Below, in pieces: positions 19,064 through 29,025 of a stretch of 64,000 nt of DNA (position 1 is the first letter of the stretch; every line of letters starts with the position of its first letter). The DNA is from Defluviitaleaceae bacterium (GTDB lineage: Bacteria > Bacillota > Clostridia > Lachnospirales > WRBF01): positions 14,419-78,418 of the forward strand of contig WRBF01000004.1 in the NCBI GenBank assembly GCA_009784685.1. Reading direction: 5' to 3'. The notes below the pieces were generated by a model, which saw only the letters and a list, made by a program, of their open reading frames with translations, had not been told where the DNA came from and did no database searches. A program made the position numbers and the translations under genes.

Positions 19064-19159
19064 ATGGGTGACATGACAAAAAACAATCCAAACAAATCTT
19101 CAAACAACACCGGCAATAATGGTGGAAAAGACACTACAAGACCTGAAGATTGCAAATAA
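19064..19159 (+). CDS. 31-aa hydrophilic micro-ORF (MGDMTKNNPNKSSNNTGNNGGKDTTRPEDCK), possibly a minor SASP-like spore peptide
   Basis: Strong SD GGAGGTG lies 6 nt upstream of the ATG. A CATAATA box sits at 19037-19043. Below the ORF-track length cutoff. Confidence 0.4.
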   Translation: MGDMTKNNPNKSSNNTGNNGGKDTTRPEDCK

Positions 19160-19251
19160 TATCACCACAAATTGTACGTTAGCATAAAAGACAGCCCTCT
19201 ATGAATAGTATTATAAAGTAAATTTATATTACATTCGCGGGGGCTGTTCTT

Positions 19252-19935
19252 ATGAAGGTAGTAAGCATTAAGATAGAGAAATTGATGGTTATTTTTTATC
19301 TATTGATAATTGGTGTAGGGATTGCGGTTTCGGTATCACATGAAACAGTTCAGACATTTTCTATGCCGGTATCAAGCAAAATAGTGTTGATTGATGCAGG
19401 TCATGGAGGGGTTGACACAGGTAAAATAGCAGAAGGTAATGTGCTTGAAAAAGATATAAATCTTGCAATTGCGCTTAGGCTTCAATCGTATCTTGAACAA
19501 GGCGGGTCGCAAGTGCTATTAACTCGTGCAACAGACGAAGCACTTGGAGACACAAAATCAGGTGATATGCAAGGGCGTAGAGCTATAGCTAACGAAGAAA
19601 ACGCTGATATATTGGTTAGCATTCACCAAAATGCTTTTTCAGATACAAGTGTACATGGGGCACAAGTTTTTTACTATGATGGATCTGAAAGTTCAAAAAG
19701 ACTCGCCGAATACATACAGGAAGAGCTTAAATCATTTCTTGGTTTGACAAGTAATCATCAAGCGAAGGCTAACGACAGTTATTTTATATTAAGACGGACT
19801 ACAATTCCGGCGGTTATAGTTGAATGCGGATTTTTAACTAACTATAACGAACGAAAGCGGCTTGAAACAGAAGAGTATCAAGATAAAGTGGCATGGGCTA
19901 TTTATCAGGGGATTGTTAGGTATTTTAATCAGTAG
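19252..19935 (+). CDS. cwlD: Germination-specific N-acetylmuramoyl-L-alanine amidase CwlD
   Basis: N-terminal TM helix plus amidase_3 motifs (VLIDAGHGGVDTGK, LVSIHQNAF, AVIVECGFLTN). Size and architecture fit CwlD. Confidence 0.85.
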   Translation: MKVVSIKIEKLMVIFYLLIIGVGIAVSVSHETVQTFSMPVSSKIVLIDAGHGGVDTGKIAEGNVLEKDINLAIALRLQSYLEQGGSQVLLTRATDEALGDTKSGDMQGRRAIANEENADILVSIHQNAFSDTSVHGAQVFYYDGSESSKRLAEYIQEELKSFLGLTSNHQAKANDSYFILRRTTIPAVIVECGFLTNYNERKRLETEEYQDKVAWAIYQGIVRYFNQ

Positions 19936-19963
19936 GAATTATAAGACTTACAAATCTCACAAA

Positions 19964-19998
19964 AATCCCGGCGGAGATATTTTGTCCTCGCCGGGATT
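19964..19998. terminator. Bidirectional terminator between the convergent cwlD and protease genes
   Basis: Stem AATCCCGGCG/CGCCGGGATT. An A-run lies upstream and a T-rich stretch downstream. Confidence 0.7.
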
Positions 19999-20035
19999 AT
20001 GTTTGTTAATCTAGATTGCAAAATGCAAAATCAGA

Positions 20036-22885
20036 TTAATATAAGTTGAAAACAGACACATTTCTGCCATTGTTTCTTATGTCAAATACTAAAGTGAGTC
20101 CCAATAGCGGATCTTCTTCAAACACATATTCTCCTCTCAAGTTGGCATTTGCCCCTGGAATTATAATTTCAACCGGTAAGGTTGCAGTTATGCCTCCAAC
20201 AAACCTTTGCGTGACTTCAAAACTAATGTTCCATTGCCTTGAATTTCTTGCAGTTTCTCCAATACTAATGAAATTTGTTGATCTGTCTACTAACATATCA
20301 TTAATAATTGATAGTTCATGCAAAAAGATAGGTGCTTCATTACCTTTAAAAAACGCACTCAAAACAACATCGTATGCGATAGAGCCTATCATTATTCTGA
20401 AGTCTTTCTCCATGTTGATGTCGTTAGTTGCCCATTCAATTTCTAAGCCGAATAAGCTAGTTGGAAGATTCAGATATTCAACCGCTTCTTCAATGGTTTG
20501 GAGAGGCGCTAAAATTATTTCTTTGGCAATCGGAAGGTTATTTAGAGCTTCCACTGCAAATTTGGCTCGTGTGTCGGCTACAGATAGACCTGGTTCTTGT
20601 CTGAAATTGTAAGTAATCCCGTTGTTTACTCTAAGACCGCTTTCTCCGCCTATCGCTTCTCCTGTAAATTGGATTCTTAAATTAAACAAATTACCGATTC
20701 CTGTCAAGACTTGAGCCGTAGGTTCTTCAGCGAGTTTCAGTATTGTAGTGTTGCCGACGACCCAGCTGTTTTCCGGGTCAAGCTCAAATTCTACGCCGTC
20801 CATCGTAACTCTGTAGCTTTCTGCGCCGCCAGGTACAGGCTCCGGCCAGTTGATTTGGATGAAGCCATCCGGATCAAGGAATATACGCTCGGGCTTTACG
20901 TCTCTTCTGGTAGGAATCACTGCATGATAGTAATTATGTAAACTTGATGCAGTTCCGCCGATCCATTGATCCTTTACTCTCATAACACGCCAGATCGCTC
21001 CACTTAAAGGATTGTCGGAGTATTCTCCAAGCAGGATCGGAGTGCCGTCGCCCGGAAGGTCGCCGCCTTCTGTTGTCAGCACAAGACCGGAAGCTCTATT
21101 TACTAATTGAGAGAAACGCCCTTTTACTTGTACAAGTTCCCAATGTTGACTATGGTTGTTAACGTTTGTAGCTTGCATTCCAATACGACCGCCTACAACC
21201 TGCTGACCCTCCACAAAGTCGGCTGTCATCGGGGCTAAAGCGTTTGTTCCTGCCGCATTTAGCAAATGAAAATATGGGGTGAGTACACCATCCTCATAGA
21301 TCGGCAATACACGCCATCTTACACCGGCATGGTTGTGGTTTAGGTTATGATGCGAGAAATCCCACCATGATTCTCTTGCACCAGTACCGGTGCTGCCTAT
21401 TATGTGACTGGTAAAATGGCTGGACAGTTTGAAAAAATGACCAGGAGGGTTCATTGTAAAACCACCTGTAGTGTTACCGGGAATTCCCGTGAATGTTTGC
21501 CCGGGTACGTTAAATACGAACTCGGTTCTGTCACTTTCGCCAGAGCCCGGCTCAGGTACAAATATTCTTGTGTGAGTTCCCCTAAACGTACTTGGGTTTG
21601 CGCTTGCTCCCGGAACATCAATCGGGTAGTAGAACAATGAAAGCGCATAGAAAAGCAGTGGGTCATATACTTCCATTGCTTGGCGGCTTGTGGGTGCATT
21701 GTTGTTTTGAGCAAAGCTGTTAAACCAAATGCTTGATGCATCTGCAAAGAACTCGCCGCTGTTAAGACGCATGTTATTGAAAGTAGTGCCCGGGAAGCCG
21801 ATATACATCCGTTGTTCCATAGCGTTCATAAACGCAACATCATACGCTGTAATCATATACCTGTCCTCAAGCTGTGAGATGCCGAGATCTTTTACCGTAT
21901 GGCCAATTTCATGTACGGTTACGTTTACACTGTTATGACCAAATGTAGCTGTTGGGAGGCTTCTTGTCGCTCCGAATCCGCCAGCGACAGATGCGGGATC
22001 AAAAGTGGTTAGCGAACGTTGCCCTGGTGCAAAGAAAACATTTTCGCCTGCGCCTACTGCATGAAAGTCCACGCCGAAGCTTGCGATCGAATCGGTTATT
22101 ATTCCACCAAATTCAAGCTGATCTTTTGACATCATTGTTGCAAGAATTCTAGCTGCTCGGTTAACATTTGCCGGCGTAGCATTCTCGCTGCCATGAACTC
22201 TCAGACCATGAAAATCGTAAATGGTTGCATGGAACGAAGAGTATACTACGTCATATATTATGTCATTGTCAACACGGTTGCCGCTTACACGTTGCGTAAC
22301 ATTGCCGGTAACCTGTAGATGCCAGTGGAAGTCTTGCTTCTGCTCTTCAGTCCAGTTTTGCCAGCCGGTGACACGTAAGTTTGTTATGAATATTGTTGCG
22401 TTGTTGTTGTGAGGGAAACGGTAATAACCCCAGTTGGTATTCATCGTAAATGGAATGCCAACCCCTGTATAAGCATCAGTAAGCCTAAAGTTTGTGGCTG
22501 CGTTTGCCTGATTACGGGTCATATCAGCAGTCCATCTTATCTCTACCCAACCTTTTTCAATCAAGCGTACATCTAAAATGTCTGCTGAAGAGTGAATCAA
22601 ATGTGATCTGTCGGGTCTATGGGGTTCAATTTTCACAATTTGATCTAAAACGCTGCTGATATCTATATTGGTATTCAATAAGTTGATATCAGCATGAGCT
22701 AATGGAGTAATGCCTTCGCTTACGGCATACCATTCAGGTTCATGTTGAAAGAGAGGCGGATATTGATCATAAATATAAGAATCCTTGCCATAGTTCGCAT
22801 TCGTATTAGCAAAAGAAGCTGCTGGAAAAGCACTTAAAATCATGATAGAGCTAAGTAAAAACATAACTAATTTTTTAGTTTTCAA
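20036..22885 (-). CDS. Large secreted multidomain protein with an anthrax-lethal-factor-like (M34/ATLF) zinc-metallopeptidase signature and a possible ricin-B-like beta-trefoil
   Basis: Signal peptide MKTKKLVMFLLSSIMILSAFPAASFA. HEIGH lies at aa 325-329 (nt 21899-21913), and GEFFADAS follows 53 aa later (compare HEFGH…EFFAEAF in LF). QxW-like repeats (QHW, AIW, DQW) occur at about aa 590-650. TTG start follows GGAGGAATAGC. Confidence 0.7.
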   Translation of the reverse strand: MKTKKLVMFLLSSIMILSAFPAASFANTNANYGKDSYIYDQYPPLFQHEPEWYAVSEGITPLAHADINLLNTNIDISSVLDQIVKIEPHRPDRSHLIHSSADILDVRLIEKGWVEIRWTADMTRNQANAATNFRLTDAYTGVGIPFTMNTNWGYYRFPHNNNATIFITNLRVTGWQNWTEEQKQDFHWHLQVTGNVTQRVSGNRVDNDIIYDVVYSSFHATIYDFHGLRVHGSENATPANVNRAARILATMMSKDQLEFGGIITDSIASFGVDFHAVGAGENVFFAPGQRSLTTFDPASVAGGFGATRSLPTATFGHNSVNVTVHEIGHTVKDLGISQLEDRYMITAYDVAFMNAMEQRMYIGFPGTTFNNMRLNSGEFFADASSIWFNSFAQNNNAPTSRQAMEVYDPLLFYALSLFYYPIDVPGASANPSTFRGTHTRIFVPEPGSGESDRTEFVFNVPGQTFTGIPGNTTGGFTMNPPGHFFKLSSHFTSHIIGSTGTGARESWWDFSHHNLNHNHAGVRWRVLPIYEDGVLTPYFHLLNAAGTNALAPMTADFVEGQQVVGGRIGMQATNVNNHSQHWELVQVKGRFSQLVNRASGLVLTTEGGDLPGDGTPILLGEYSDNPLSGAIWRVMRVKDQWIGGTASSLHNYYHAVIPTRRDVKPERIFLDPDGFIQINWPEPVPGGAESYRVTMDGVEFELDPENSWVVGNTTILKLAEEPTAQVLTGIGNLFNLRIQFTGEAIGGESGLRVNNGITYNFRQEPGLSVADTRAKFAVEALNNLPIAKEIILAPLQTIEEAVEYLNLPTSLFGLEIEWATNDINMEKDFRIMIGSIAYDVVLSAFFKGNEAPIFLHELSIINDMLVDRSTNFISIGETARNSRQWNISFEVTQRFVGGITATLPVEIIIPGANANLRGEYVFEEDPLLGLTLVFDIRNNGRNVSVFNLY

Positions 22886-23170
22886 AGCTATTCCTCCAAA
22901 ATATAATATGATTTGCCTCTTTTGTTCTAGAGTTGAGGTTCTCTTAGGATATCACCTCCATTGTTGTTTGGTGTCTTATAGGGGTATATTAATATATTTT
23001 TCAAAATAAATCAACAAATTTTTCCATTTATTATTAAAAAATGTAACCTGTATATTATTAGACCCCAATTTACTAAAAATCAAAAAATTTCTAGAAAAAT
23101 TAACAGCCTACTTCTTGTTTTAAGCAGTTGATTGTGGTAACATTGTTAAAAGTGAGGAGGTTTGCTTTAA

Positions 23171-24625
<1,455 letters not shown>

Positions 24626-24628
24626 AAT

Positions 24629-25681
24629 ATGAACAAGACGACTAAGGTTGTTAATATAGGCAACGTTAAAATAGGCGGGGGCAACCCCGTCTTAATTCAA
24701 TCCATGACAAATACTGATACGCGTGATGTTGATAAAACGGTTAAACAGATACATATGCTTGAAAATGCAGGTTGTGAAATTATAAGAGTTGCGGTTTTAG
24801 ACGAAGAAGCAGCTAAGGCGATATATAAAATTAAGAACCGTATAAATATCCCGCTTGTGGCCGATATACATTTTGATTATCGTTTGGCTTTAAAATCAAT
24901 TGATAGCGGGGTCGATAAGCTTAGAATAAACCCGGGAAATATCGGAGATTTTGAGAATGTACGAAAAGTTGCGGCGGCGGCAAAACAAAAAGGGATTCCA
25001 ATCCGAGTAGGCGTGAATTCCGGTTCTGTTGAAAAGGATATTCTGACAAAATATGGCGGCGTTACCGCAGAAGGTCTTTGTGAAAGTGCAATGAGGCATG
25101 TTAAAATGCTTGAACAATGCGATTTTGATGATATCGTAGTTGCGATAAAATCATCCGATGTTCCTATGACCATCAAGGCGTATGAAATAATGAGTGGAAT
25201 TTGTGATTACCCTCTACACATTGGTATAACCGAAGCGGGGACGTTGTATTCAGGGGCTATTAAATCCGCCGTAGGCATAGGTGCTATGCTATCAAGAAGT
25301 ATAGGCGACACGATGCGGGTTTCGTTAACAGGGGACCCGGTCGAAGAAATAAAATGTGCTAAGGAAATACTTAAGGCTCTAGGACTTCGTGATTTTGGTG
25401 CTAAGCTTATATCGTGCCCAACATGCGGCAGAGCGGAAGTTGATCTTATATCACTCGCAAATAGGATTGACGGCTATTTATCAAAAATAACTAAAAACAT
25501 AACAGTCGCTGTTATGGGCTGTGTCGTAAACGGTCCCGGTGAAGCAAAACATGCTGATGTAGGCATAGCCGGGGGAAAGGGCAGCGGGGTTATTTTTAAA
25601 AAAGGTCAAATCGTGCGTAAAGTCTCGGAAGAGGATATGTTTCAAGAGTTTGTTAAAGAAATAGAAAGTTTGTGTGATTGA
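24629..25681 (+). CDS. ispG: 4-hydroxy-3-methylbut-2-en-1-yl diphosphate synthase (flavodoxin)
   Basis: 350 aa. [31 protein letters not shown] and CPTCGR…[10 protein letters not shown] are all present. Confidence 0.95.
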   Translation: MNKTTKVVNIGNVKIGGGNPVLIQSMTNTDTRDVDKTVKQIHMLENAGCEIIRVAVLDEEAAKAIYKIKNRINIPLVADIHFDYRLALKSIDSGVDKLRINPGNIGDFENVRKVAAAAKQKGIPIRVGVNSGSVEKDILTKYGGVTAEGLCESAMRHVKMLEQCDFDDIVVAIKSSDVPMTIKAYEIMSGICDYPLHIGITEAGTLYSGAIKSAVGIGAMLSRSIGDTMRVSLTGDPVEEIKCAKEILKALGLRDFGAKLISCPTCGRAEVDLISLANRIDGYLSKITKNITVAVMGCVVNGPGEAKHADVGIAGGKGSGVIFKKGQIVRKVSEEDMFQEFVKEIESLCD

Positions 25682-25682
25682 A

Positions 25683-25994
25683 ATGGAAAATACAAAAGAA
25701 AAATTTGGCATAGTGTTTGATAAATTAAACCTTTCGGACAGCCTTTTAGAGATTTTCGGAAAGGCTTTTGTCACTAGAATAGCTGTAAGCAAAAGCTCAA
25801 TGGTCATGAAAATAAGCCTTGAAATGCCTGACATAGTATCAAAAGCGGCAGAGACGTCGCTTAAAGAGACGATTTTGTCGGAATTTCGAAGCCTTTCAGC
25901 TGTTGAGCTTGAAATTACACAGGATTTTTCTGCGGCTGATGATATTTTTGGCAGCGGGATAGATACTGCTGAAGAAATGGCGTTGTTTGAGTAG
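25683..25994 (+). CDS. PolC N-terminal-domain-like fragment (103 aa), likely a remnant or split-off piece of DNA polymerase III PolC
   Basis: MENTKEKFGIVFDKLNLSDSLLEIFGKAFVTRIAVSKSSMVMKISLEMP… follows the pattern of clostridial PolC N-termini. ispG-polC is a conserved neighbourhood. The ORF stops after about 100 codons and no polymerase sequence follows. Confidence 0.5.
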   Translation: MENTKEKFGIVFDKLNLSDSLLEIFGKAFVTRIAVSKSSMVMKISLEMPDIVSKAAETSLKETILSEFRSLSAVELEITQDFSAADDIFGSGIDTAEEMALFE

Positions 25995-26127
25995 GGAATC
26001 ATCTTAGATAGCGGCTTAATCACAGAGGCTGCAACTCCATAAATTATGCAGTTTCACTAACCGAAGCCAAGGATGAAGTCATCCCATGTTAATTTAACAA
26101 AAAATTAGCAAACTTTTTAAGTTAAAT

Positions 26128-26156
26128 GTTGACATCTACTTAAAAAACGAATATAA
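26128..26156 (+). promoter_or_regulatory. Consensus sigma-A promoter for tRNA-Trp
   Basis: TTGACA (26128-26133), N17 spacer, TATAAT (26151-26156), about 25 nt upstream of the tRNA. Confidence 0.75.
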
Positions 26157-26180
26157 TACTGTAGTTGCAAGTTGAAACTT

Positions 26181-26251
26181 AGGGGTATAATGTAACGGTA
26201 GCATTCCGGTCTCCAAAACCGTCCGTGAGGGTTCAAATCCTTCTACCCCTG
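26181..26251 (+). tRNA. trnW: tRNA-Trp (anticodon CCA), no encoded 3' CCA
   Basis: Cloverleaf folded by hand: acceptor AGGGGTA/TACCCCT, D-stem ATGT/GCAT, anticodon loop CTCCAAA and T-arm GAGGG-TTCAAAT-CCTTC. Confidence 0.9.
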
Positions 26252-26403
26252 GATGTAATGGGCGAGCAGTTCCAAATACGAGCGCAGTTGGTATTTGGAA
26301 CAACCAACCCCTGCTATGTGTTAAAAAAGCCCTTGAAAAGCTAGCCTTTTTAAGGGTTTTATTCTATAATAAGGAAAGACGATGATAACAAGGAGCGTTT
26401 TGA

Positions 26404-27696
26404 ATGGAGTTATTTGAAATAATAGGCAAAACCAAGCTTAACGGCGAAGTTTATATAAATGGTGCAAAAAATGCAGCAGTAGCAATTATTCCGGCGGCGA
26501 TAGCAACAGGTGGAATTTGTAAAATAGAAAATGTACCGGATATTGAAGATGTTGAAAACTTAAAAACAGCTATTACAAAGTTGGGTGCGGTTTGTGAACG
26601 CCCTGACCCACACACACTTATTATCGACAGCAGTAAAATCTCAAGTCATATAGTAGATTACAATTCAGTAAAGAAAATCCGTGCTTCATATTACATGCTT
26701 GGCGCACTTCTTACGAGATATAAAAAGGCAGAAGTCCCTCTGCCGGGTGGGTGTAACTTTGGTGAACGTCCGATTGACCAACATATTAAGGGGTTTGAAG
26801 CTTTAGGTGCAACGGTTAAAATTGAACATGGTATGGTCAAAGCTTACGCCGATAACCTTAGGGGTGCAAGCATATATCTTGACAAAGTCAGCGTAGGATC
26901 TACTATAAACATTATGCTTGCCGCTGTTTGTGCAAAGGGTGTAACGACCATTGAAAATGCCGCAAAGGAACCGCATATTGTTGATACAGCGAACTTTCTC
27001 AATATGATGGGCGCAAATATTAAAGGAGCAGGAACTGAAATAATCAAAATATTGGGTGTTGAAAAGCTTCATGGTTGTGAATATACAATAATCCCTGACC
27101 AAATAGAAGCCGGTACATATATGATAGCCGCCGCCGTAGCAGGAGGCGATGTTACTGTTCAAAATATTATTCCAAAGCATATGGATACACTTTCGATAAA
27201 ATTGCGTGAAATGGGCGGCATAGTCGAAGAAGGCGATGATTTTTTGCGTGTAATAAGCGATGGAAATCTTAAAAATGTAGAAGTTAAAACAATGAGCTAC
27301 CCAGGATTCCCTACAGATTTGCAGCCGCAAATGACTGCTCTTATGGCTGCCTCAAGCGGTATGGGAAATATAACAGAGACTGTATGGGAAAACCGCTTCC
27401 AATATGTTACAGAGCTTAAAAGACTCGGCTGTAAGATAACCGTTGACGGACGTGTTGCTCGTATTGAAGGCGGGGCTAAGCTTACAGGAGCAGAAGTACA
27501 CGCTACTGACTTAAGGGCAGGAGCATCTTTAATCATTGCTGCACTTGCTTGTGAGGGCAAAACAACGATAGGAAATGTTCGTTACATTAATCGCGGGTAT
27601 GAGGCTATTGAAGAGAAATTGGGTGCATTAGGCGCTGATATAAAACGTGTATTTATTGACGACTCTGATGAGAGATATTCAGAGGAGATGAATTAA
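26404..27696 (+). CDS. murA: UDP-N-acetylglucosamine 1-carboxyvinyltransferase
   Basis: 430 aa. KLNGEVYINGAKNAAVAIIPAAI, the active-site region PGGCNFGERPIDQH and YPGFPTDLQPQ are all present. Confidence 0.95.
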   Translation: MELFEIIGKTKLNGEVYINGAKNAAVAIIPAAIATGGICKIENVPDIEDVENLKTAITKLGAVCERPDPHTLIIDSSKISSHIVDYNSVKKIRASYYMLGALLTRYKKAEVPLPGGCNFGERPIDQHIKGFEALGATVKIEHGMVKAYADNLRGASIYLDKVSVGSTINIMLAAVCAKGVTTIENAAKEPHIVDTANFLNMMGANIKGAGTEIIKILGVEKLHGCEYTIIPDQIEAGTYMIAAAVAGGDVTVQNIIPKHMDTLSIKLREMGGIVEEGDDFLRVISDGNLKNVEVKTMSYPGFPTDLQPQMTALMAASSGMGNITETVWENRFQYVTELKRLGCKITVDGRVARIEGGAKLTGAEVHATDLRAGASLIIAALACEGKTTIGNVRYINRGYEAIEEKLGALGADIKRVFIDDSDERYSEEMN

Positions 27697-27698
27697 TA

Positions 27699-28502
27699 AT
27701 GAGTATCAAATTTTGCCCGATAGCGAGCAGTTCATCCGGAAACTGCATATACATAGGGACAAGCAATACACATATTTTAATTGATGCAGGGCTTTCCGGT
27801 GTAAACATACAAAAGGGACTTGTAGACATTGACATTGATGCGTCTATCCTAGATGCTATTTTTATTACGCATGAACATAGCGATCATGTTAAAGGTGCAG
27901 GGGTTTTGTCACGCAGGTTTAACATACCGATTTTTGCAACACAAAAAACTTGGGAACATATCGAACGTTCTAACTCTTTAGGCAAAATTGCGGATAACAA
28001 CAGGTGTTTTGTCTATGTCGGCGAAAACTGTATAATCAACGATATGTCAGTTAACGCTTTTAACATTCCACATGCTGCTGCTGACCCTGTTGGTTACACG
28101 ATTTCGGCGTTTGGGCACAAAGTTGCCGTTGCGACAGATATAGGGTTTATAACTGACACGATAAAGGAAAATATCGAAAATTGCAGTGCTATTTTAATTG
28201 AATCAAACCATGATATAGAAATGCTTGAAAACGGAAAATATCCTAGGGATTTAAAAAATCGCATAAGAAGCAACAAAGGGCATCTTTCAAATTGTTCTAC
28301 AGGGCAGTTTTTAGCAGAAATAATGAACGAGCGTCTTAAACATATTTACTTAGGGCATTTAAGCGAAGAAAATAATCGTCCGCTTATTGCTCTTGATACT
28401 GTAACTTCAATGCTTAAATCTGTTGGTGCGTTTGATATGTATGAGTTTAAACTATGCCTTGCGGAACGAGAATGCGTAAGTGAGGCTTGTGTGTTGTCAT
28501 GA
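27699..28502 (+). CDS. MBL-fold metallo-hydrolase, YycJ/WalJ-like
   Basis: SSSSGNCIYIGT…ILIDAGLSG…ITHEHSDHVKGAGVL. The size (267 aa) fits the family. Confidence 0.8.
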   Translation: MSIKFCPIASSSSGNCIYIGTSNTHILIDAGLSGVNIQKGLVDIDIDASILDAIFITHEHSDHVKGAGVLSRRFNIPIFATQKTWEHIERSNSLGKIADNNRCFVYVGENCIINDMSVNAFNIPHAAADPVGYTISAFGHKVAVATDIGFITDTIKENIENCSAILIESNHDIEMLENGKYPRDLKNRIRSNKGHLSNCSTGQFLAEIMNERLKHIYLGHLSEENNRPLIALDTVTSMLKSVGAFDMYEFKLCLAERECVSEACVLS

Positions 28503-28978
28503 AAATAACGATTCTATGCGTTGGTGGTTTGAAGGAAAATTATCTAAAGCAAGCTGTATCCGAATATACTAAGCGAATTACCCCATATTCAACAATAAAC
28601 ATTATCGAAGTGGCAGAAGAGCGCCTGCGAGATGGAGGGGCAATGGCATATGAAGAATCGGTATTGATAGCCGAAGCCGGAAGGCTTCTTGGAAAAATAA
28701 ACGATAAAGATTTTGTAATTGCTCTTGACATATGCGGTAAACAGCTTTCATCTTCCGAATTTTCGGAGTTTATCAGCAGTAAAATGACCGGAGGGGCAAG
28801 CAGCTTTGTATTTGTAGTCGGCGGTAGTTTAGGGCTTCATAAATCTGTATTAGACAGATCAAACTGTGGGCTAAGTTTCTCGAAAATGACTTTTCCCCAT
28901 CAGCTTATTAGAGTTAATTTGCTCGAGCAAATCTACAGAGCCTTTCGGATTATGAAAGGTGAGCCGTATCATAAATAG
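28499..28978 (+). CDS. rlmH: 23S rRNA (pseudouridine1915-N3)-methyltransferase RlmH
   Basis: 159-aa SPOUT protein: MKITILCVGGLKENYLK…GGSLGLH…SFSKMTFPHQLIRV. Its ATG overlaps the upstream stop (ATGA). Confidence 0.9.
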   Translation: MKITILCVGGLKENYLKQAVSEYTKRITPYSTINIIEVAEERLRDGGAMAYEESVLIAEAGRLLGKINDKDFVIALDICGKQLSSSEFSEFISSKMTGGASSFVFVVGGSLGLHKSVLDRSNCGLSFSKMTFPHQLIRVNLLEQIYRAFRIMKGEPYHK

Positions 28979-29009
28979 TGCGTGTTCCCACTATAGAAAA
29001 ACACGCACT
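28977..29009. terminator. Bidirectional terminator between rlmH and the end of the polyamine operon
   Basis: Stem AGTGCGTGTT/AACACGCACT, followed by ATTTTCATT. Confidence 0.7.
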
Positions 29010-29025
29010 ATTTTCATTCGCAATA

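Noticed and set aside
20036-22885. Possible GC-content anomaly (horizontal transfer) of the large metalloprotease gene.
   Set aside because: Hand counts of several 60-nt lines gave 43-48% GC inside the gene. Lines from the neighbouring guaB and cwlD genes gave the same 43-48%, so there is no supportable compositional difference without a proper calculation.
26245-26313. A tRNA-Trp 3' end duplicated downstream, which would mark an integrated island (att site).
   Set aside because: Only a 7-mer (ACCCCTG, at 26245-26251 and 26307-26313) is shared, and no integrase or foreign genes follow; murA is the next gene.
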